Origin: an uncultured delta proteobacterium
GTDB lineage: Bacteria > Desulfobacterota > Desulfobacteria > Desulfobacterales > UBA2156
DNA length: 64,000 bases
Reading direction: 5' to 3'
Assembly (NCBI GenBank): GCA_963736855.1
Contig: CAVTQK010000015.1
Coordinates: forward strand, 1 to 64,000
The position numbers and the translations under genes were made by a program. Each line of letters opens with the position of its first letter. The stretch's first letter is position 1. Under the pieces are notes generated by a model. That model ran no database searches. It saw nothing but the letters and a program-made list of their open reading frames with translations, and was not told the DNA's origin. Positions 1 to 9,031 of the stretch are shown one piece after another.

Positions 1-740
1 GGACACAGAAATGAGGTTTTTTTTTATGTGTTTTGTGTTTTAAAAATAACACCAAAACCTGTGACTGTAAGTGACCGATGACCGGGTCGAAGGGATCTGA
101 TTCGTATTGCACGTTGAAGTTGGAGGGTATGGTTAGTGGATGGATCATCCAGATACCCCCTCCTCCCCTCCTGTGTCTTGACAATGGTTCAATTAGCGTT
201 CTAAATGGATTTGATCAATTTGGGTGAACTCGATGAGCGATAAGCTCATTATCGTAGGAAAAAATGGTTGATTCGAACATTGGAAATGACATTATTTGGC
301 AAATGTGATTTTTTAGAATGGCATGGACTGATAGCCGCATTCTGCGGTTTTAATTATACCGACGGTATCATATCAGGATAACGCCTCGACCCCCCTCTGA
401 CTAAATTTCCCACCTACGACAGCACTTCTCAGCCTTCCGTCGAGGATTACATCTCCGACCCGGTTTACCCCATGGATGCCTACTTTTAAAAAACCGGTCG
501 ATGCTGACCCATTGACCTATACCCAACTCGGCCGAGATAATGGCCTTTTGTCGATGAAAATCCGTTTGATAGCGCACCCGCCTTTTGTTAATTGAAAATA
601 CATCCGCCACGACAACTGTATGTTCCCATATCTTGGGGTGCCGACGACGGTAAGACACAATTCATGCTCGTGCTTAATCCGCCCACAAATTAGCAAATTC
701 TTATCAAATTCGCAGCAGGCCTTCGGGTGAGTCGCGCGGG

Positions 741-2123
741 CTAGGACGCGCCACGACCGACAGCAGGGCTCCCGTCCCGGAGGTTCAGGTCGACTGCGGG
801 CCAGGGTGACACGAACAGGGGATCGGCGACGAGATCCCCCGCTCCCTGTCCTGTGAGACGGGCAAACGTGCCGTTCGCGATCTCGGACTGCGAGATCGCC
901 CTGTCGCCTAAGAAGACTGCCAGTATCTCCTCATCCTCTCGGCTGAAGAAGACGTTATCGCGCTCCTCCACCAGATGTACATTCTGGCCGAGGTAGATCC
1001 CGGTGTGGCCTCCCTGCTCAGGTCCGGTGTTGAAGGCGAAGATGTTGCCCGTCAGCGTGAGGTCGAGCCGCGCCGGAATGCCCGTGTCATCGTGTGGATA
1101 GCCAGCAACGAACGAGTAGTCGCGTTCGCCGAAATTGAGGTCGTACATGTTGTAGGCGATGGTATTCCTCACCACCTCGACAGTGCTGTCGTACTTTCCG
1201 ACCATCACCGGGTTGATGCCCTGCCCCCAGATGGCATTGGCCTCCATGCGGCCGCCCCCCCAGAGCTTGATGCCCTGAAGGTGATTCCGGTACACTTGGT
1301 TGCGTCTCACGACGATGCCGGAGACGTGACCTGCAAAATCACGGGAGTTTAGGTCGATCCCGTCTCCGCCGTTATCATGGACGAGGCAATCCTCGACGAG
1401 GACCTCCTGCCCGCGCTCTAGCCCCAGCCCGTCGCCACCGAAGCCGCCCGCGATACCGGCGTTGGCGATCTCGAGACGCCGAAACGTCGCGCGGTCGCAG
1501 GGACCCGGAGTGCAGTCCACCGCCGTGAAGACCGTATCGCGGATTGTGCTGTCCTCGACAATCACGTCACTCACGGGTCCATTGGCCGCAGTCTCGCCGG
1601 AATTGCCCTCCGTCAGCCGGATGCCCGCCTCCCCACCCACCACCGTGAGCCGCGAGAGCGTCACGTGATGGTTGTCGCCCGAGAGCGTCACGCCCCATAT
1701 GCGAAAGCCCTGAACCGTGAATCCCGCGAGTTGCAAGTAGGACGTACCGGGTGCCACCATCACGTTCCCTTCTACAATCACCGCCTCGCCCGCAGCGGCG
1801 CCGAAGACGATCGGGTTGCCCTCGCTTCCTGAGCGCGAGAAGATCAGCTCTTCCACACTGTACGTACCGCCGTGCACGGAGACAGTGTCGCCGCCGGCGA
1901 CGCTATCCGCCGCGTGCTGCAGCGTCCGCCACGGCCGCGCGGCTGAACCGGTATCGCTGTCGTTCCCCGTCACTGCCACGTGGTACGCGCTGCCCGAGGC
2001 TCCAGCCGCCTTCGAGGGATTCGGGTCCTGCGAACCACCCTGGCAGCTTCCATCTCCGCACACCACAAGTCGTACGAGAGCTACCGTCGCGATCAGTACA
2101 ACAGCGAGTTTCCGAGATCCCAT
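741..2123 (-). CDS. Secreted right-handed parallel beta-helix protein (DUF1565 / pectin-lyase-like fold)
   Basis: ORF 741..2276 with start re-assigned to ATG 2123 (MGSRKLAVVLIA..., hydrophobic N-terminus) behind an AGGAGG RBS. Has the YHVA-x-GND-x3-GS-x3-PWRTLQHA motif and beta-helix repeats (VxxCxVHDNGGDGIDL, VRRNxVYRNxxxGI). Confidence 0.75.
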   Translation of the reverse strand: MGSRKLAVVLIATVALVRLVVCGDGSCQGGSQDPNPSKAAGASGSAYHVAVTGNDSDTGSAARPWRTLQHAADSVAGGDTVSVHGGTYSVEELIFSRSGSEGNPIVFGAAAGEAVIVEGNVMVAPGTSYLQLAGFTVQGFRIWGVTLSGDNHHVTLSRLTVVGGEAGIRLTEGNSGETAANGPVSDVIVEDSTIRDTVFTAVDCTPGPCDRATFRRLEIANAGIAGGFGGDGLGLERGQEVLVEDCLVHDNGGDGIDLNSRDFAGHVSGIVVRRNQVYRNHLQGIKLWGGGRMEANAIWGQGINPVMVGKYDSTVEVVRNTIAYNMYDLNFGERDYSFVAGYPHDDTGIPARLDLTLTGNIFAFNTGPEQGGHTGIYLGQNVHLVEERDNVFFSREDEEILAVFLGDRAISQSEIANGTFARLTGQGAGDLVADPLFVSPWPAVDLNLRDGSPAVGRGAS

Positions 2124-2268
2124 GCCTGACCTCCTTTCACCATCATCCGGTCGAGAGCGCAACCACGAAGGCACCCAACTCGCACCCCACCCGCATCTCT
2201 CACGTTGGAGTGACGAGGGAACACTACTCCACGTCCTCCGCAGCGTCAAGAATGTGTTGGCCCATAGA

Positions 2269-2433
2269 TTACGCAAATCTCTCGATGTGCATCGAGCAGA
2301 CCCAGGCCCCTACCGCCTGCCCGGCCGCTACTTTCGCCATGCTCTCATGAAACAGGTCTTTCCCCGTGAAGAAGTCGGCTGTCATGCCATTGATCATGTG
2401 ACCGTCAGCTAGCCGTACTGCGACTTTATTCAC
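2269..2433 (-). pseudogene. Truncated small beta-rich protein (DUF6982-like N-terminal fragment)
   Basis: GTG start after a GAGGAGG RBS. VNKVAVRLADGHMINGMTADFFTGKDLFH resembles, from recall only, the N-terminus of a small conserved family; the frame then degenerates. Confidence 0.35.
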
Positions 2434-2552
2434 AGCGCCTCCTCTCGAAAAGCCATTCCGACGAGCCACCTCTCGGCCGTACTATCTCCCAGCTCATCCC
2501 GCCAAGGAGGCCGATGGTTTTCATGGGTCCTCAAACTGAAAGATCTTGATGT

Positions 2553-2738
2553 TTAGGCTGTTTCCTCGACTACCCCATCTGCAGCATTCTTCTTGATCGA
2601 CTCGACGCTCTTCATGACAGCTATTTTGGTCTTATACCCCTCGCCTGAAAACATGACTTTGCCGTTGGGAGCCTTAAAGCGGAAGCGGAACTGGCCTTAC
2701 TTGTCCTTGTAGATTTCGTACTTGTAAGCTGCTGGCAT
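2553..2738 (-). pseudogene. YegP/UPF0339 (DUF1508) family protein interrupted by an in-frame TAA
   Basis: Manual translation: MPAAYKYEIYKDK*GQFRFRFKAPNGKVMFSGEGYKTKIAVMKSVESIKKNAADGVVEETA*. GGAGGAG RBS present; stop at codon 14 (2697-2699). Absent from the ORF track. Confidence 0.8.
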
Positions 2739-3074
2739 GGTCTCCTCCCTTTTGAAGTTGAATATGTCAAGGATACGGAAACAATTGAGCGGATTTTGGA
2801 TTTATACCAATATTTTCAATTACAAAACAAGAAAAATATCCATAAGTGACATGAATCCCATTGAAAAAGGCCGAATAGCGAGAATGGAGTGTTTTTCAAA
2901 AGGTTTTAACCATGCAAAGACCAAATAAAATAGACCAGGCTCGGTTATCTCAAATAAGTCGGTGAATTTACCGGAAAGGCCTTTTGAAGCCGATTGAACC
3001 GAAAAAATAGTTCAGTCGACTGAACAAGAAAGGAGGTCAAACGCTGTTTTGTTGTTAAAATGCCACGGCCTGCC

Positions 3075-3500
3075 TTATTCATCCATTTCCGTTCTGACAC
3101 TTCTCGTTTTCTTGATTTTTCCACGATGCACTTTGGCTTCTATACGGCGAGCCAGCGAGGCACGCGTTGGCTTCGTCGCACGTCGAATCTTTGGAATTTC
3201 AAGAGCCTTGCGAATCAGGCGAATCAACCTTTGACGGGCATCTTGTCGATTCTGTGCTTGAGTTCGAAAACGCCGAGCCTCGATCACCAGAATACCTTCC
3301 ACAGACAGGCGTTTACCCGCAATACGACGCAGACGCTCCCGAACCGTATCAGAGAGGGAAGGAGAACGCTGGAGATCAAAACGCAATTGAACTGAAGTGG
3401 CAACCTTATTGATGTTTTGGCCTCCAGGTCCTGAAGCCAAAACGAATCTTTCGTCAAGTTCGCTCTCGGGAATGGCAAGTCTTGGAGTAATGATCAACAT
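3075..3500 (-). CDS. arfB: Alternative ribosome-rescue peptidyl-tRNA hydrolase ArfB (YaeJ)
   Basis: ASGPGGQNINKV (GGQ motif), RTQxQNRxDA, and a basic C-terminal tail (RRATKPT...KIKKTR). Confidence 0.92.
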   Translation of the reverse strand: MLIITPRLAIPESELDERFVLASGPGGQNINKVATSVQLRFDLQRSPSLSDTVRERLRRIAGKRLSVEGILVIEARRFRTQAQNRQDARQRLIRLIRKALEIPKIRRATKPTRASLARRIEAKVHRGKIKKTRSVRTEMDE

Positions 3501-3772
3501 AGCGCCAGCTTACCCTTGACGCAATAAAAACACAATCCCGCAGCTCCATTGGTATACCAACCGACCAAACTCAACGATTTTTACTGGTCTCGGAAACACC
3601 AGGTTCGTCTTTTTCATTGGTTGTGAGATCATTGATGAAATTCCATGGCGCTTTTCAAATTTGTTCTATTTTCAATAATATTATATGGATAATACCGACT
3701 CCAATTTCTTTCAATCGTCTGGATTAAAAAATTGGGTCAAACGGTCCCCAATGATTTTCAATCTGGGACGTT

Positions 3773-5633
3773 GAGTCTGTAGAAAAAGTATAGAAAACTC
3801 TCGAGAAGGCTTGTGAAATAGGCATTTTTAAGATAAGTACTTCTTCAGAACATGTCACTGACACCTCACCTGAAGAAGAAAGATTAGAAATGGCCAAATA
3901 CAAGAAATTCAGCTACGATCAATCAAGACTCCTACCGGTGAGCTTTCACAAACAGATTCAGCCAGGGACTTTTGAGTATACCCTTTCGTATCTGATAGAC
4001 AACAAGGTTGATCTGTCGTGTTTTGAAGAGCTTTATAAAAATGATGAGACCGGCGCTTCTGCTTACAATCCTTCTATTCTGCTGAAGATCATTCTGTTTG
4101 CCTATTCACGCGGCATTGTTTCAAGCAGGGATATCGCAAGGGCTTGTGAAGAAAACGTTGTGTTTATGGCATTATCCGCGGATACCCGGCCACACTTTAC
4201 GACGATTTCCAATTTTATTTCCAACATGAAACAGCCGGTGAATGATATTTTTTCGGATGTTCTCCTGTACTGCAATGAAGCCGGCCTGATCGGCAAGAGC
4301 ATGTTTGCCATCGATGGGTGCAAAATGCCGTCCAATGCGTCCAAGGAATGGAGCGGTACTCGAAGGAGCTTTACAAAGAAAAAGGAAAAGATGAAGAAGG
4401 CGATTGCCTATATTCTGGATAGACATCGAAATGCGGACAATGATGGAGAGGTAAGCAATATTCGCGAGCAGGAAAAACACTACGTTGAAAGGCTGAATCA
4501 GGGGATTAAAAAATTAGAGACCTTTCTTAAAAACGGAAAGGACAAAATCGGCAAAACCGGGAAAGCCATCCACAGCAACATCACCGATAATGAAAGCGCC
4601 AAGATGAAGACCTCCCATGGAGTTATTCAGGGCTACGATGGTGTTGTTGCTGTGGATGACAAGAACCAGGTGATCGTGCATGCGGAGGCTTTCGGCAAGG
4701 CACAGGAGCATGACTTGTTAGAGCCGATGATCGAAGGGGTGAATGGAAACTTCAGAGCCATTGGGATAAAAGGGAATGTTTGTAAAAAGGTTAAAATTAC
4801 CGCAGATGCCGGATTTCACAACGAAGCCAACATGAAAATGTTGGCAAGAGAAAGCATCGATGCTTATGTAGCGGATACTCAATTCAGGAAACGTGATCCG
4901 AGATTTGCCGATGTTGATAAATACAAAGAACGCAGCCGAAAAGAAAGAGCAAAAAGAGAAGGAAGCAACCTGACATTCCGCACAAAAGATTTTAAATTTG
5001 CCGATGACCTTAGCTATTGCATCTGTCCTGCCGGAAAGAGGCTTTATCGGAACGGATCGAATGTATACACAAAAGGAAAGCATTGTTTTCGATTCAAAGG
5101 TCCTCAGTCAGCATGTTTTTCTTGTGATCTGAGAGCCAAATGCCTGAGGAATCCATCAGGCAACGGCATTCGCCAGGTGGCCTACTTTACAGGCCGCACA
5201 AAAGGGGACGTGGCGACATATACCCAGCGGATGAAAGAAAAGATAGATTCCGATCAGGGCAGGGCTATATACAGCAAAAGAATCGGAACCGTGGAACCTG
5301 TTTTTGCGAACATACGGCATATCCTCAAATTGAGCAGATTCACGATGCGTGGTAAAAGGAAAGTGAACACCCAATGGAAACTGTTTTCAATCGTTCACAA
5401 TCTGATTAAGATTCATCGGTTTGGCCTGGCATTTGACAGTGGATAAGCTTCAAAGCCGGGGTGGCAAGGGGAAAATATCAACCATAACCCTTCAAAAAGC
5501 AGCCGGTAGAAGATAAAACCGGTAAACCAAGGCTGCTTTATAGATCGTTACAAGGCAAACAAAACAACAGAAAAAGTCAGCCAGCCAGGGGAATAGTAGT
5601 AAAGATTTCAAAAAGGGCTTTTTCTACAGACTC
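3773..5633 (+). mobile_element. Complete IS1182-family insertion sequence (1861 bp)
   Basis: Perfect 16-bp terminal inverted repeats GAGTCTGTAGAAAAAG (3773-3788) and CTTTTTCTACAGACTC (5618-5633), flanked by GTT on both sides. Confidence 0.9.
3890..5446 (+). CDS. IS1182-family DDE transposase
   Basis: GASAYNPSILLKIILFAY, PHFTTISNF, AIDGCK, ADAGF, CPAGKRL, and IGTVEPVFANI...RGKRKV motifs. Confidence 0.92.
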   Translation: MAKYKKFSYDQSRLLPVSFHKQIQPGTFEYTLSYLIDNKVDLSCFEELYKNDETGASAYNPSILLKIILFAYSRGIVSSRDIARACEENVVFMALSADTRPHFTTISNFISNMKQPVNDIFSDVLLYCNEAGLIGKSMFAIDGCKMPSNASKEWSGTRRSFTKKKEKMKKAIAYILDRHRNADNDGEVSNIREQEKHYVERLNQGIKKLETFLKNGKDKIGKTGKAIHSNITDNESAKMKTSHGVIQGYDGVVAVDDKNQVIVHAEAFGKAQEHDLLEPMIEGVNGNFRAIGIKGNVCKKVKITADAGFHNEANMKMLARESIDAYVADTQFRKRDPRFADVDKYKERSRKERAKREGSNLTFRTKDFKFADDLSYCICPAGKRLYRNGSNVYTKGKHCFRFKGPQSACFSCDLRAKCLRNPSGNGIRQVAYFTGRTKGDVATYTQRMKEKIDSDQGRAIYSKRIGTVEPVFANIRHILKLSRFTMRGKRKVNTQWKLFSIVHNLIKIHRFGLAFDSG

Positions 5634-5636
5634 GTT

Positions 5637-5854
5637 GAGTCTGTAGAAAAAGTATATTTTTGAAGTGGATTTCTACCAGAGGCTATAAAAGAGAGCAATG
5701 CAGAATAAACGAACAACAATGATAGGTGACATCTAAAACGTTTAGTGGAAAGGCTCTGCGACTGCAGAAAGCTGTATTTTAATTGAATCACAACAAAAGT
5801 ACTTTTGCAAAATACTGCCATATTTAGGCTAAAAAGGACTTTTTCTACAGACTC
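5637..5854. mobile_element. 218-bp non-autonomous MITE with the same ends as the adjacent IS1182
   Basis: TIRs GAGTCTGTAGAAAAAGT (5637-5653) and ACTTTTTCTACAGACTC (5838-5854). GTT at 5634-5636 and 5855-5857. No credible ORF inside. Confidence 0.88.
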
Positions 5855-6007
5855 GTTAGGCTGCTATTTGTAGCCTAACGTGCAATTTAAATTTGCCAAA
5901 ACTTTTTTCATAACGTTTTTCTCAGATGGTTTCTGATTTTTCAATATTTATGTAGTATAAAATTCAGGAATAAATAGAATTCGCTACGTACTTAAAAAGG
6001 TAGAGCC

Positions 6008-7387
6008 ATGATTGATAAAACGCATAACCGGTTTTTAAAAGAGGTGGATCTTTCCCTGCTGAGCGATGCGCTTGAAACGCTGGAGGCCGGGTTTTCGTCG
6101 CTGCCAGACATGAATGCGTCACCTGCGGATTCCAAGGGGATGCGGGACGTCATCCTCGAAGTCGCCCGTCGGCTTCAGGACAATTATCCATACTTTCATC
6201 CCCTTTATGCCGGGCAGATGCTCAAGCCGCCTCATCCGGTGGCCCGAATCGCCTATGCCCTGGCCATGTGGATCAATCCCAACAACCATGCCCTGGACGG
6301 GGGCCGCGCCAGTTCCCACATGGAAAAAGAAGCCGTCGCCGAGATTGCAGCCATGATCGGTTGGGACCAGCATCTCGGGCATTTATGCTCCGGTGGAACC
6401 ATGGCCAACCTCGAAGCCCTCTGGGTGGCCGGCCAGGTTCGGCCGAATACCACAGTGGTTGCTTCTCAGCAGGCACATTATACCCACGGTCGTATCAGCG
6501 CCGTGCTTGGACTTCCCTTCGAAGCGATCCCCTGTGACAGAAGGGGGCGGATGGACATCCAGGTTTTAAGGCAGCGCTTGGATCGAAGGGGTGTGGGGAC
6601 GGTAGTAGCCACCATCGGAACGACCGCCACGGGCTCGGTGGATCTGTTGCCGGAATTGCTGGAGCTTCGGGCACGGTACGGCTTCCGGCTTCACGCCGAT
6701 GCCGCTTACGGGGGCTATTTCGTTCTGATCGATAACTTGTCAAAACGGACGTGGGAGATTTACAACCGGTTGCCGGAGGTGGATTCCATCGTGATCGACC
6801 CGCACAAGCACGGTCTTCAACCTTATGGGTGCGGGTGCGTCCTTTTCAAGGATCCGGGGGTGGGACGGTTTTACAAGCACGATTCCCCTTACACATATTT
6901 CAGCTCCAACGAGTTGCACCTCGGCGAGATCAGCCTCGAATGTTCCCGGCCAGGGGCCTCGGCGGTGGGGTTGTGGGCCACCCAGAAACTCCTTCCGCTT
7001 GTCAAGGGTGGGGCGTTTGCCCAGGGGCTTAAGGCCGGGCGGAAGGCGGCCCTGGCGCTGTACGACAGGCTGGGCACCGACCAACGCTTTGTCACGGCCT
7101 TTGCACCTGAGTTGGATATCGTGGTGTGGGCGGTGCGGGCCCGTCGCGTGTCCGAAGCATCGAATATCGCAAGACAAATTTTTGCCGAAGCGGCCAAACG
7201 CAACCTGCACCTGGCCTTGGCCGAGCTGCCGGTCGCCTTCTTCGATCTCGATTGGGTCGGGATGGAATCCGACCAGGATACGATCACCTGCCTGCGATCG
7301 GTTTTGATGAAGCCGGAGCACCATGAGTGGATCGAAGCCATCTGGGAGATTCTGGATCAGGCGACCAGCGTTGCTTTGCAACAATAA
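6008..7387 (+). CDS. Group II PLP-dependent decarboxylase (MfnA/PanP/GadB-like; substrate unknown)
   Basis: SGGTMANLEAL, GTTATGSVD, LHADAAYGG and the PLP lysine motif DPHK. Confidence 0.85.
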   Translation: MIDKTHNRFLKEVDLSLLSDALETLEAGFSSLPDMNASPADSKGMRDVILEVARRLQDNYPYFHPLYAGQMLKPPHPVARIAYALAMWINPNNHALDGGRASSHMEKEAVAEIAAMIGWDQHLGHLCSGGTMANLEALWVAGQVRPNTTVVASQQAHYTHGRISAVLGLPFEAIPCDRRGRMDIQVLRQRLDRRGVGTVVATIGTTATGSVDLLPELLELRARYGFRLHADAAYGGYFVLIDNLSKRTWEIYNRLPEVDSIVIDPHKHGLQPYGCGCVLFKDPGVGRFYKHDSPYTYFSSNELHLGEISLECSRPGASAVGLWATQKLLPLVKGGAFAQGLKAGRKAALALYDRLGTDQRFVTAFAPELDIVVWAVRARRVSEASNIARQIFAEAAKRNLHLALAELPVAFFDLDWVGMESDQDTITCLRSVLMKPEHHEWIEAIWEILDQATSVALQQ

Positions 7388-7673
7388 ATAGCCTTCTGCC
7401 CCGAGATTCCGCCATTGAAAGCCAAAAAAAGGCTTCCGGTTTATTTAATATACTGAAACAACAGAGCAAAAAATTCTACATTTTTATCGATGTTGCATGT
7501 TTTTATCGATTTTGGAAAATTTTCTCACATATACCGATGGTCCTAAAGAACCGTTGAACCATTAAGGCCGGGAAGAAAATATCCATTGCATTGCCTTGAA
7601 AATCTTTGTCATATTGTGGGTCCCTTCAGTCAGGCGGGTTCTCTGTGCCCACCTGGGATGATTTTGGATCATA

Positions 7674-8660
7674 TCATTCCGTCAGTGAACCTTGACAAGA
7701 TGATCCTGCTCCGGCCGTACATGCGAAACAATGGCTGCGAACAACAATTTCACGCTCGGCCAGCCGAATGTAATCAAACTCATCGATGTGATCGGGGGCG
7801 CCACTATTGACAGGCAGGTTCAGCATCTGGTTGAAATCGCAATCATAGAGGCGACCGTCCCAGCCAACCGATAGAGTGGTTCGACACATGATGCTGTTTA
7901 CGGTTTGAGGATTAAAAGCGCACTGCAAGGTTCGCATGTAATCCGATAGATTTCCGCTGCGCTTTAAATAGTCGCGGTAGCGGCCGATGGGGCTGTTGAC
8001 CAGGCAGAAAAGGGTGTTGAATTGCAGCCCGTGAACATCGCGCAGGACGCGACGATATTCCGTCTCAAGAGCCCTTTGTGGTCCCGGCAGAAAGGCCCCG
8101 ACCGGATTGTGCACAAGATGCAACATCAAGCCGCTTTCAGGTATGCCGAAAGATTTTTGGTTCAATTTTCTGATGGTCTGAATCACCCCCTCGAAGGTTC
8201 CAACACCTCGCTGGCGGTCGGTCCTTTCCAGGTTATAGTCAGGCAACGAAGCGATCAGTTCGACCTTGTTGGCGGCAAAGACCTCCATATAGTGCCGATG
8301 CTCCGGTTCAAGCATAACCACCAAATTGCTGCGCACGATCAATCGTTTTTTCAAGACGGATAGCTCTCCGATCAACCACTCAAGATCCGGGTGCATTTCC
8401 GGTGCGCCGCCGGTAATGTCGATTGTCGAGACTTCTTTCCGGCCGGCAACTTGAATGCACTTCAACATCGTATTTCGACTCATCATTTCAGTACGTTGCG
8501 GCCCGGCCTGAACATGGCAATGTTTACAAGAGAGGTTGCATTTGCGGGTGATGTTCATCTGGAGAATGTCAATCCCGGCCGCCCGCAATGGAAACGCCCC
8601 GCAATCGTTGAGTCTTTCGATGAATGGGTCCTTTATATTGAATTGCGTTGCTGCTTGCAT
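7674..8660 (-). CDS. arsS: Radical SAM / Cys-rich domain protein, arsenosugar biosynthesis ArsS family
   Basis: CNLSCKHCHV (CxxxCxxC), DITGGAPE, MCRTTLSVGWDGRLYDCDFNQML and C-terminal HCFACTAGAGSSC. Confidence 0.88.
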   Translation of the reverse strand: MQAATQFNIKDPFIERLNDCGAFPLRAAGIDILQMNITRKCNLSCKHCHVQAGPQRTEMMSRNTMLKCIQVAGRKEVSTIDITGGAPEMHPDLEWLIGELSVLKKRLIVRSNLVVMLEPEHRHYMEVFAANKVELIASLPDYNLERTDRQRGVGTFEGVIQTIRKLNQKSFGIPESGLMLHLVHNPVGAFLPGPQRALETEYRRVLRDVHGLQFNTLFCLVNSPIGRYRDYLKRSGNLSDYMRTLQCAFNPQTVNSIMCRTTLSVGWDGRLYDCDFNQMLNLPVNSGAPDHIDEFDYIRLAEREIVVRSHCFACTAGAGSSCQGSLTE

Positions 8661-8663
8661 AAA

Positions 8664-8999
8664 TTACATTTCCTTTTTTTTAATGATCTTGCGAATCTGG
8701 GTGGCGTGGGCCAGGGTATCTCCGGCGACCATGGCCGCTCCCACATGAACCGCCTCCATCATTTCATCATTGCTTACTCCGAGTGAAAGGCATTTGTTGG
8801 TATAGGCATCAATACAGTATGGGCAGTGGCGTACGGTGGCTACAGTCAGAGCAATTAGGGATTTTTCCCGTTCGGTCAGTTTTCCTGCAGACGTCGCATT
8901 GGCATAATAATCAAAAAACTTCTTCCCCTGGTCGGGTGCAAATTCTCCGATGTTTGAAAAGTCTTCAAGGTCCTTGGGTTCGTAATATTGTCGGGTCAT
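8664..8999 (-). CDS. AhpD/CMD-family peroxidase-like protein associated with ArsS
   Basis: Start re-assigned to MTRQYYEPKDL (AGAAGGAG RBS). LTEREKSLIAL...CPYCIDAY motif; immediately upstream of arsS. Confidence 0.85.
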   Translation of the reverse strand: MTRQYYEPKDLEDFSNIGEFAPDQGKKFFDYYANATSAGKLTEREKSLIALTVATVRHCPYCIDAYTNKCLSLGVSNDEMMEAVHVGAAMVAGDTLAHATQIRKIIKKKEM

Positions 9000-9031
9000 G
9001 AATTTTTCTCCTTCTCTGCTTATGTATGATT

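Noticed and set aside
1..178. Possible inverted ends GGACACAG...CTGTGTCT
   Set aside because: Only 7 bp match, at the window edge, and no TSD can be tested.
401..658. 85-aa ORF
   Set aside because: No recognisable motif or RBS in the frames I read; probably spurious or decayed sequence.
3736..5881. Integron attC site at the IS target (GTTAGGC and GCCTAAC cores)
   Set aside because: The cores are in the wrong order for a single attC, the upstream hairpin is only ~40 bp, and no integron integrase or cassette array is visible.
7674..7676. Selenocysteine read-through of the arsS TGA stop
   Set aside because: The C-terminal motif is already complete with cysteines and the TGA falls at the expected protein end.
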